Assembly: GCA_964500015.1 (NCBI GenBank)
Contig: CAZCMN010000013.1
Span: 1-29,077 of the forward strand
Length of the DNA: 29,077 bases
Source: Candidatus Woesearchaeota archaeon
GTDB lineage: Archaea; Nanobdellota; Nanobdellia; Pacearchaeales; UBA284
Direction: 5' to 3'
Positions 22,293-29,077 of the stretch are shown here, piece by piece. A program made the position numbers and the translations under genes. The notes below the pieces were generated by a model. The model was given only the letters and a program-made list of their open reading frames with translations. It had not been told where the DNA came from and ran no database searches. The stretch's first letter is position 1. Each line of letters opens with the position of its first letter.

Positions 22293-23024
22293 TTAATTTT
22301 TAGCTTTTTTCCATAATATTTCAAAATTTTTTTTGTAACCTTCAACAACATCCTTATCTTTTATTAAAACTCCGTAAGGATTATCTGTAAATATTGTAAT
22401 AGCAACATAGTCTGCAATAATAACGGTTTCTGTTAATTGTTCAAATTCCTGTGGAAGAAATTTAATATGGGTGTAGGGTAATTTGTTTATATCTTCTCCA
22501 TAATCTCTAATTGTTGCATCAAAGACTTGTCTGGATTTTATCTTTCTAGCTATTCTTTTTATATGCAAATTTCTCCACCAATCTTCTCCCATGACATGAT
22601 AGGTTACCCGTTTTCCACCTCCAAAAGTGTTATATTCTTTTCCGCCAGAATTGAGTAAAGTATTGTACATTTGAGTTATCCCCCTTTTTCCTCTAAAAAT
22701 TAAAGCTTCTTTTTCTTTCTTACCAGATTCTCTTTTCTTTTCTAATTCAGGTAAGATTTTTTCAAATCTTATTTTTTTATCTTCAAGGTAATTAAAAAAG
22801 TTTTTTGGATCTGTTGCTTGATAAATTTTTCTCTTTCCTTCAAGTATAAAGCTAATCAAACCTTTCTCAATTAGACTATTAAGTGCTCTATGCACAACCG
22901 AATTTTGTAATCCTGTTTTTTCAAGTAATGGGCCTGCATTTAAATTTCCAAATTCTAGAAGGCCAATGTAAACTTTGATTTCAGAATTTGTCAATCCCAG
23001 TTCTTCTAGTATTGATATGTCCAT
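22293..23024 (-). CDS. TrmB-family transcriptional regulator
   Basis: N-terminal winged HTH LGLTNSEIKVYIGLLEFGNLNAGPLLEKTGLQNSVVHRALNSLIEKGLI is typical of TrmB. The C-terminal domain of about 130 aa is uncharacterised. Confidence 0.8.
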   Translation of the reverse strand: MDISILEELGLTNSEIKVYIGLLEFGNLNAGPLLEKTGLQNSVVHRALNSLIEKGLISFILEGKRKIYQATDPKNFFNYLEDKKIRFEKILPELEKKRESGKKEKEALIFRGKRGITQMYNTLLNSGGKEYNTFGGGKRVTYHVMGEDWWRNLHIKRIARKIKSRQVFDATIRDYGEDINKLPYTHIKFLPQEFEQLTETVIIADYVAITIFTDNPYGVLIKDKDVVEGYKKNFEILWKKAKN

Positions 23025-23116
23025 ATATTCTACAAATTGAATCTATTTTTAAGCTTTTCCATATATAGTCTCTTTTAGGAGGATATATCATTTAATACTC
23101 CTAGTTCATATAACTA

Positions 23117-23138
23117 TTATCAAGTAACAACTTGATAA
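23117..23138. promoter_or_regulatory. candidate operator: perfect inverted repeat TTATCAAGT-N4-ACTTGATAA
   Basis: Arms are 9 bp with no mismatch. The site lies in the divergent intergenic region, 35-56 nt upstream of ATG 23173 and next to an A/T-rich TATA-like stretch. Its TATCA...TGATA half-sites recall TrmB-family operators. Confidence 0.5.
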
Positions 23139-23172
23139 ATAAAATAAGTAAATTTGAAGGAGAAAAATAAAA

Positions 23173-23628
23173 ATGAACTTAAAAAAAATATTGGGTATGA
23201 CTGTTTTAGGTATTGTCCTAGGATTAAGTGGATGCAAAAAAATTGATAAAAACTCTACTTGTGATTTTACTGAAAGATATTATTTAGATACTAAATTGTA
23301 TGACGCCACTGTATTTACAAAGACTATTGGAAAAGGTCTTTACGGCGATCAAAGAGAAAGGATAAGGACCATTTTGGCTTTAAGAAAACCAGAAGCAAAA
23401 TCAGATTTTTGGGGTATAATTTGGCCAGATACACTTAGAGCAATAGATTATGATTTAGATGGCAAATTTGACGAAGTTTGTGCAAATCAATCCAGCGGTC
23501 CTTGTAATGACAACTTTTTAGAGAGAGTCGTTAAAGACTTTGAATTTTTGTATCGAAGAGAATATGGCCCTGTTTGTGATGGCACAATAAGAATACCAGA
23601 AGCACACGAATATATAGGGGAGAAATAA
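23173..23628 (+). CDS. hypothetical lipoprotein
   Basis: Signal peptide with lipobox VLGLSGC. AAGGAG RBS 11 nt upstream. DYDLDGKFDE is a Ca-binding-like DxDxDG loop. Six further Cys residues. Confidence 0.6.
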   Translation: MNLKKILGMTVLGIVLGLSGCKKIDKNSTCDFTERYYLDTKLYDATVFTKTIGKGLYGDQRERIRTILALRKPEAKSDFWGIIWPDTLRAIDYDLDGKFDEVCANQSSGPCNDNFLERVVKDFEFLYRREYGPVCDGTIRIPEAHEYIGEK

Positions 23629-23630
23629 AA

Positions 23631-25883
23631 ATGTGCGGAATAGGTGCGATATATGGTAAGAAAATTCCAAAAAAGGAATTTTGGATTAAGAGAAGCCTAG
23701 ATGTAATCCCACATAGGGGATACGCTTTAAATGAGTCTATGGTATTTGATAATTGTGCTCTCGGTGTAAATAGATTGCAAATAGTTGATAGAGATAATGC
23801 CAAACAACCCTTAGAAAACGAAGATAAGACTATTTTTGTTGTTTTGAATGGGGAAGTATTCAACCATGAACAATTAAGAGAAGAGTTGACAAAAAAAGGA
23901 CACAAATTCAAAACAAAATCTGATACAGAGGTTCTTGTTCACTTATGGGAAGAATACAAAGAGGAAATGGTTCATAAGATAGATTCTGAGATGTTTGCCC
24001 TTTTTGTTTATGACAAGAAGAAAAATATATTCTTTGTTGCAAGAGATCCTTATGGAGTTAAACCTCTGTATTATGCAGTAGATTGTCTAGGAAATTATCA
24101 TTTTGCATCTGAAATAAAACAATTAACTCAATTCAAAGAAATAGATGAAGTAAAATTCTTTCCTCAAGGGCACTACATGCTAGATGGAAAACTAATAAAA
24201 TATCATGAAATACCCAAAGAAAACGATAAAATTGAGGAAAATGAAGGAATAATAATCAAGAAATTAAGAAGATTATTTGATGAGGCAGTTAAAAAAAGAG
24301 TAAATACCGACTTGCCTGTCGGAGTTTTCTTTAGTGGGGGTCTTGATAGTGCTGCAATTTTAGCTACAGCAGTAAAATACCACAATAATGTTACTGCCTT
24401 TATTGTTGGATACCCAAATTCTCCCGACGTAGTTGTCGCCAAAAAATACTGCGAAGAGAATAATATCCCCCTAGTTTATTTTAATCCACCTGCAGAAGAA
24501 GAATTAGCAAAGATTATTCCCGAAATAGTCTACATAACTGAAAGTTTTGAGCCAAACATGATTAGGCAATCTGCTGTTTCATACTACATCTCAAAAATAG
24601 CAAGGCAATACAATTTTAGAATCATCTTGTGTGGAGAAGGTCCAGATGAAATCTTCGCAGGCTATCCAGAATTTAAAAATTGTCTAAATGATAAAGGAAT
24701 ATCCAATAAGATTTACACTTTTATTAAGAACCTTCCAAGAACCCAATTTCAGAGAGTTGATAGAACTTCAATGCAGTTTACTTTAGAGGTTAGGGTTCCT
24801 TTTTTTGATACTGCCTTTGCAGATTATGCAATAAGAATTCCAAGTAAATTGAAAGTTAAAACAATCAATGGAAAGAAAGTCACCAAGTGGATCTTAAGAG
24901 AAGCTATGAAAGACAGACTACCCAATTACATCGCCAATAGGGAAAAAGTTGTTTTAAGTGAAGGTGCTGGATACAAAGGAAACCAATTAGTCGGCGGATT
25001 GTTTTTTGATATTGTTCAAAAAAGGATTAATGAAAATGAATTTCAAAAAATTAAGAATGATTATCCAAAATGGAATATAACAAACAAAGAAGTTGCATAT
25101 TATTTTAAGCTATATGCTAAACATTTGTTTACAAAAGCAGAGTTCAATCAAGAAAGACCATTAGTTAATGCTATTGATAGTATTAAAGATGAAGAAATTG
25201 AAGAAAAAGCAGAAAAAATTTTGATTGGCATGAAAAAATATTCTCTTTTTGATAGAAAAGAAACTAAGAAATTTAATGATTTTCAAGAATTGAAAGGCTT
25301 GGTTGTTAACCAAATTAAAAATAACTTGAAGATACAGGTAGTGGGATATTGGGGAATAGAAAAGGAAAATGCAGATGAAAAGGATATAACTGCCTTGGAT
25401 AATCTTAGAACTTTCAAGAATATTATTCTGAAAAACTATCCTAATGTTGAAATTCTTTTGATTTTAACTGATATTCATGGAGAAGCAAATGAAGTAAGTG
25501 AAGAAATAAGAAAGAAATATTTTGGTTTTATTAAAGAAATATCTGAAGAATATGGTTTCAAAGTAATGTTCTTAAGTAAATTATGGAAAGAGAATAAAAT
25601 CGATTTAAAGGGTATCTTAAAATTAGAGAATCTAAATAATGTTCCAGAGATAGTTGTTAAATCTGGTTTTAAACACTATCTTGGTAAAAACAAGTTAGAT
25701 GGTGCAAGGCTATATTCCTTAATTTCAAAGCACGATTGTCAGTTTATAGAAAAGAAATTTCAAAATGCAATATTCTTCACATATAACAGTGCAGATTGGA
25801 AAGAACTTTTACCAAAACTTCCAACAATTTCACTTTTTCCTCTAGAGAAAGGGGAGAGAATCAAACCATGGCATATAAAATAG
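23631..25883 (+). CDS. asnB: asparagine synthase (glutamine-hydrolysing) family amidotransferase fused to an uncharacterised C-terminal domain of about 230 aa
   Basis: N-terminal MCGI (Ntn Cys2), NGEVFNHEQLREEL, and the PP-loop VGVFFSGGLDSAAI with the synthetase domain run to about residue 510. Residues of about 520-750 (YWGIEKENADE...ILLILTDIHGEANEV...) match nothing I recognise. The start is 3 nt after the lipoprotein stop. Confidence 0.85.
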   Translation: MCGIGAIYGKKIPKKEFWIKRSLDVIPHRGYALNESMVFDNCALGVNRLQIVDRDNAKQPLENEDKTIFVVLNGEVFNHEQLREELTKKGHKFKTKSDTEVLVHLWEEYKEEMVHKIDSEMFALFVYDKKKNIFFVARDPYGVKPLYYAVDCLGNYHFASEIKQLTQFKEIDEVKFFPQGHYMLDGKLIKYHEIPKENDKIEENEGIIIKKLRRLFDEAVKKRVNTDLPVGVFFSGGLDSAAILATAVKYHNNVTAFIVGYPNSPDVVVAKKYCEENNIPLVYFNPPAEEELAKIIPEIVYITESFEPNMIRQSAVSYYISKIARQYNFRIILCGEGPDEIFAGYPEFKNCLNDKGISNKIYTFIKNLPRTQFQRVDRTSMQFTLEVRVPFFDTAFADYAIRIPSKLKVKTINGKKVTKWILREAMKDRLPNYIANREKVVLSEGAGYKGNQLVGGLFFDIVQKRINENEFQKIKNDYPKWNITNKEVAYYFKLYAKHLFTKAEFNQERPLVNAIDSIKDEEIEEKAEKILIGMKKYSLFDRKETKKFNDFQELKGLVVNQIKNNLKIQVVGYWGIEKENADEKDITALDNLRTFKNIILKNYPNVEILLILTDIHGEANEVSEEIRKKYFGFIKEISEEYGFKVMFLSKLWKENKIDLKGILKLENLNNVPEIVVKSGFKHYLGKNKLDGARLYSLISKHDCQFIEKKFQNAIFFTYNSADWKELLPKLPTISLFPLEKGERIKPWHIK

Positions 25884-25932
25884 TGCAGTAAAATAGCCAA
25901 ATTCTTTTATATGGCTGATTTCTGTTAAATTT

Positions 25933-27222
25933 ATGATTCCGGCACTGCCTGACTGGACTATTTATCCTATCTTATTTATAGGATTTTTTGTATCTTTTTT
26001 CTACTTGATAGTCTTGTTGAAAAGAGAGGAAGTTATTCCTAAAGCAAAGAGATTTCCAGATGCTTCTTTTGTCATTCCTGCAAAAAATGTTGAGATTTGC
26101 ATTGAAAAATGCATTTTGGCCATATTGAAACAAGATTATCCTGGAAAAATTTATGTTGTTGTTGTGAATGATGCAAGCACAGACAGAACTGAAGAAATAA
26201 TAAAAAATCTAGCTAAGAAATATAATTCAGCTAAAAGGAAGATTATTTTGATTAATAGGAAAAGAAGCCAGGGAAAAAAAGCACCTGCATTAAATGAAGG
26301 AATAAGGTATGTTCTTAATAAGTTGAATACAGAAATTGTCTGCCCAATAGATGCAGACACTTTTGTTACAAAGGATGTTCTGAGAAATGCAGTTGCTCAA
26401 TTTGAGCATGATCCAAGAGTTGCTGCAGCAACTGCTCCTTTAATTCCGATTCAGAATAATTTTATCTTAAGATTGCAATATGTTGAATATGTGATGTCTA
26501 ATTTTTTTAGGGATTTACTTGGAAAAGCAGATGCTTTATGTACTACTCCTGCTTTCACTGTTTTTAGGGCAAAGTTTTTCAGAGAAGCAGGGTTGTATAA
26601 TGAAACTACTTGGACAGAAGATTTTGATATGGCTTTGAAAGTCAAAGCGAATTTCTACAAAATTGCTTATCTAAAAGATAAGATCTATTTTATTGCCCCT
26701 GAAAACCTAAAGAAATTAAAGATTGAGAGAGTCAGATGGGGGCATGGGACATGCCAAGCTTTATTTGAAGATTATCCTTTTTTATTGTCTCCAAAATATG
26801 GTGCTGTTGGAACTTTTTTTCTTCCTGTAACTATTGTTTTAGTCTTAAGTTTAGTTATGCTGTCTTTCATATTTTTAATATATAGCACAGTTCATTGGGT
26901 AGAGTTATTTGTTCATAATCTTTTTGTTGGCTGGAAGCCTTCTTTCAGTTTAAGTCATCTAAATTTTAATACGTTAGTATTCCAGGCAAGTGTTTTTTTA
27001 TCAGATTCAAGAGTTTTGTTTGGAATCTTGGGAATTTTGATTTCAGTAATCTTTTTTGTTTTTGCAAGAAATTACAGCAAGGAGAAAATTAGTATAATTG
27101 ATTATCTGATTTTTTCTATTCCTTACAGGCTTTTTTTATCTTATACCCAGTTGGAGGGTCTTGTAAAGTATGTCTTTCGGATGAAGATGAGCTGGGGAGA
27201 GATGCACAGCAAGAAAAAGTAA
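25933..27222 (+). CDS. processive family-2 glycosyltransferase (PgaC/IcaA/NodC-like membrane synthase)
   Basis: N-terminal TM helix, then VVVNDASTD, PIDADT (DxD), TWTEDFDM (ED) and ERVRWGHG (Q/RxxRW-type motif). Four or more C-terminal TM helices follow. This is the architecture of polymerising beta-glycan synthases. Confidence 0.8.
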   Translation: MIPALPDWTIYPILFIGFFVSFFYLIVLLKREEVIPKAKRFPDASFVIPAKNVEICIEKCILAILKQDYPGKIYVVVVNDASTDRTEEIIKNLAKKYNSAKRKIILINRKRSQGKKAPALNEGIRYVLNKLNTEIVCPIDADTFVTKDVLRNAVAQFEHDPRVAAATAPLIPIQNNFILRLQYVEYVMSNFFRDLLGKADALCTTPAFTVFRAKFFREAGLYNETTWTEDFDMALKVKANFYKIAYLKDKIYFIAPENLKKLKIERVRWGHGTCQALFEDYPFLLSPKYGAVGTFFLPVTIVLVLSLVMLSFIFLIYSTVHWVELFVHNLFVGWKPSFSLSHLNFNTLVFQASVFLSDSRVLFGILGILISVIFFVFARNYSKEKISIIDYLIFSIPYRLFLSYTQLEGLVKYVFRMKMSWGEMHSKKK

Positions 27223-27271
27223 GGTTTTTTAGCACAGTTAAATTTATAATTGCTTCAAGCAAGTGATTAAG

Positions 27272-27964
27272 ATGGATAAAAGAAAAAAAATTAAGGAAGT
27301 AAATGAAGAGACTAGACAAACTAGTAAATTACTGGTTGCAGCGGTTATTGCTGCGATAGTTTTGTTTATTTTTGGTTTATTATTGGGAAATTACATTATC
27401 TCTTCTAGATTGCAGGTATTTCAACAGAGTGAACAAAATTTATTAACGCAATTGATGGGTTTGGAAATAAGAGATCAGATTTTAGACAAAAGCGAATTAT
27501 GCAAATTAGGTTGGGAAGATGTTTGGCAGGAAAAAGTTGAATTAGGGAAGATGCTTACTTCTTTAGAAGTAAGGCTTGGAAAGAAAAATTCAGATGTTAT
27601 GTCTAGAAAGGAAGTTTATGAACTTATTGAGATAAAAACCTTGTTCTTGGTTCAAGAAATCAAGGACAATTGTCATGAAGATTTTGATATTATTTTGTTT
27701 TTTTATACTAATAAGGATAATGATCCAAAAGGAAGTGCTGGAGGATCAGAAGACCAGGGTTTGATCCTAGATCAAGTTGTTTTCAGTCATAATGAACAGG
27801 GAAATGGAAAAAAAGTCCATGTTTTTGCTTTTGATGTTAATTCTAAAAATCCTGCAACAAAAGCATTAGTTTCTAAATACTATGTTGAGAAAGTTCCAAC
27901 ACTGATAATCAATAGAGAGAAGTATGATTATCTTGTTCAGGCAGACATTGAAAAATTGGTTTAA
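27272..27964 (+). CDS. hypothetical membrane-anchored protein
   Basis: ATG 27272 is preferred over the GTG at 27263. There is a single N-terminal TM helix (LLVAAVIAAIVLFIFGLLLG). The C-terminal part (HVFAFDVNS...VEKVPTLIINREKY) is thioredoxin-fold-like but lacks CxxC. Confidence 0.5.
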   Translation: MDKRKKIKEVNEETRQTSKLLVAAVIAAIVLFIFGLLLGNYIISSRLQVFQQSEQNLLTQLMGLEIRDQILDKSELCKLGWEDVWQEKVELGKMLTSLEVRLGKKNSDVMSRKEVYELIEIKTLFLVQEIKDNCHEDFDIILFFYTNKDNDPKGSAGGSEDQGLILDQVVFSHNEQGNGKKVHVFAFDVNSKNPATKALVSKYYVEKVPTLIINREKYDYLVQADIEKLV

Positions 27965-28051
27965 AATCTCTTTCTTTTTTAAAAAATTTATTTAGATAAT
28001 CATCTAAAACAGAACCATAACTTTTAAATATTGTCAAAAACATCAGCTTTT

Positions 28052-28627
28052 ATGGATTTTGAATTTGGCTGTGAAGAATGTGGAACTGAAAACGAAGACC
28101 TTTTTGATACTATTTTAGATAACAAATCAATGAGATTATGTGAAAGGTGCGCCAGGACAAACAATGCATTAATTCTTAATGAAGAAAGGAGCAAAATGAG
28201 AGAAAAGTGGAATTCAAGAAGCAGTAAAAAACCCGAACAGACATACAGAGAAGAGCCAAGAGTCACATTACAAGGGTTGTGGGATAGATACAAGCAGAAA
28301 ATGGGGGAAAGAAATACTCTTGAGAAACAGAGAAAAGTCGCGGTTTTAGAAGAAAATAAATTTTTAGAGGATTTAGAAAAGCAAAAAAAACTCGAAAATA
28401 AAGAAATTATCCAAGCTGTTGACAGTGATTTTAATTTAGAATCAAATGTTGAAGAAGAAAAATCTTTTAATGAAGAAGCATCCAAAAAAATAAATATCAA
28501 GGATTTTTTTAAGCAAACATTTAAATTCTTAAAAGGAAAGGATAAAAAAGAGTCTGTGGAGGATTCTGAAGAAATTCCCCAGATGATCCCTGACTTGATT
28601 GTGGAGGATAAAAAAAATGAAAATTAG
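28052..28627 (+). CDS. hypothetical Zn-ribbon protein with highly charged low-complexity tail
   Basis: ATG 28052 is preferred over the TTG at 28031. CEECG...CERC forms a CxxC-N24-CxxC ribbon. The remainder is Lys/Glu-rich. Confidence 0.5.
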   Translation: MDFEFGCEECGTENEDLFDTILDNKSMRLCERCARTNNALILNEERSKMREKWNSRSSKKPEQTYREEPRVTLQGLWDRYKQKMGERNTLEKQRKVAVLEENKFLEDLEKQKKLENKEIIQAVDSDFNLESNVEEEKSFNEEASKKINIKDFFKQTFKFLKGKDKKESVEDSEEIPQMIPDLIVEDKKNEN

Positions 28628-28880
28628 TATACTAAAGAAAGAAAAAAATGAATTAGAAGTAGAAATAGATAATCTGACTGTAGCAGAACTTTTAAGAAAT
28701 GAGCTATGGGAAGATGACGGCATTGAGTTAAGTGCTTGGAGGAGAGACAATCCTTCAAAAGATCCGATTCTAGTTATAAAAACTAAAGGAAAAGATGCAA
28801 AAAAAGCATTATTTGATGCTATTGGAAGAATTCAGGACAAAAATAAAGAGATTATTAAAGAATTTAAAAAGGTTTTCTAA
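28617..28880 (+). CDS. rpoL: DNA-directed RNA polymerase subunit L (Rpo11)
   Basis: From ATG 28617: MKISILKKEKNELEVEIDNLTVAELLRNELWEDDGIELSAWRRDNPSKDPILVIKTKGKDAKKALFDAIGRI. This fits the Rpo11/RpoL pattern (block L-x-I-x-x-E-x-x-T-x-x-N-L-L-R, then the H/N-P-x-x-x-x-P-x-L-x-I-x-T segment). Confidence 0.8.
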   Translation: MKISILKKEKNELEVEIDNLTVAELLRNELWEDDGIELSAWRRDNPSKDPILVIKTKGKDAKKALFDAIGRIQDKNKEIIKEFKKVF

Positions 28881-28907
28881 ATTCAAAATGATAAATCTTT
28901 TTAATTA

Positions 28908-28954
28908 TGCTAGAAAAACAGGGTTTTTCTGCACAGCAAAAACTGGAGGTTTTT
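28908..28954. repeat. palindromic repeat unit
   Basis: TGCTAGAAAAACAGGGTTTTTCTGCACAGCAAAAACTGGAGGTTTTT. It shares TGCT.(A/G)AAAAACAGGGTTTTT with the 5446 copy and ends 7 nt before the L41e start. Confidence 0.65.
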
Positions 28955-28960
28955 ATTGAA

Positions 28961-29077
28961 ATGAAAAGATCAAGTAGAAGATGGAAGAAAAAGAGGCAGA
29001 TGAGATGGAAATGGCAGAGAAAAAGGATTAGAAAAGAAAAAAGAAAGAGAAAACAAAAAAGATTAGCTGCAATTTAA
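28961..29077 (+). CDS. rpl41e: 50S ribosomal protein L41e
   Basis: 38-aa ORF below the track cutoff: MKRSSRRWKKKRQMRWKWQRKRIRKEKRKRKQKRLAAI. KRSSRRWKKK-x-RMRWKW is the archaeal eL41 signature as I recall it. The TAA stop is the last three bases of the window. Confidence 0.8.
   Translation: MKRSSRRWKKKRQMRWKWQRKRIRKEKRKRKQKRLAAI

Noticed and set aside
23076-23103. Second inverted repeat TAGGAG-N16-CTCCTA in the TrmB divergent region.
   Set aside because: It has only 6-bp arms with a long spacer and contains Shine-Dalgarno-like GGAGG. It is plausible by chance and is kept only as a note beside the much stronger 9-bp palindrome.
671-28954. The recurring repeats as a CRISPR array.
   Set aside because: The copies are scattered across 29 kb in both orientations and are internally palindromic. 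They lack regular repeat-spacer periodicity, and no cas genes are present.

Overview
AT-rich (about 25-30% GC by eye), tightly packed archaeal window. The gene content is typical of a small-genome, DPANN-like archaeon; that placement is inference. Gene order:
- Information processing (start of window): RNA polymerase subunit P, prefoldin beta, SepF, a short Dph2, parvulin PPIase.
- Lipid head-group cluster: CDP-alcohol phosphatidyltransferase, CarS, second CDP-alcohol phosphatidyltransferase.
- PHP phosphoesterase and an intron-containing tRNA-Ser(GGA).
- dTMP module on the minus strand (thyX, glyA, tmk), divergent from endonuclease Q.
- tRNA hotspot: two halves of one tRNA separated by about 860 nt carrying a LAGLIDADG endonuclease ORF and an intact tRNA-Arg(GCG), followed by an orphan tRNA 3' fragment.
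- Secreted lipoprotein nuclease, tRNA(CAT), then a GC-elevated island with an unknown ORF.
- Translationally coupled transglutaminase-like, M23 peptidase and Dph6-like genes, then a GATase.
- Alba, S17e, Bud32.
- FlaI/FlaJ-type pilus machinery.
- TrmB-like regulator divergent from a lipoprotein, AsnB-fusion, processive GT2 and membrane protein operon.
- Zn-ribbon protein, RpoL, L41e.

The most unusual signal is not a gene. It is a dispersed 50-60 nt palindromic repeat family at 12 loci. It is mostly promoter-proximal, but it also sits in frame inside two enzymes and supplies the C-terminal tail of GlyA, which is RPE/MITE-like behaviour. No CRISPR array, rRNA or recognisable transposase was seen. 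All protein calls rest on motif recognition from the translations; no searches were run.
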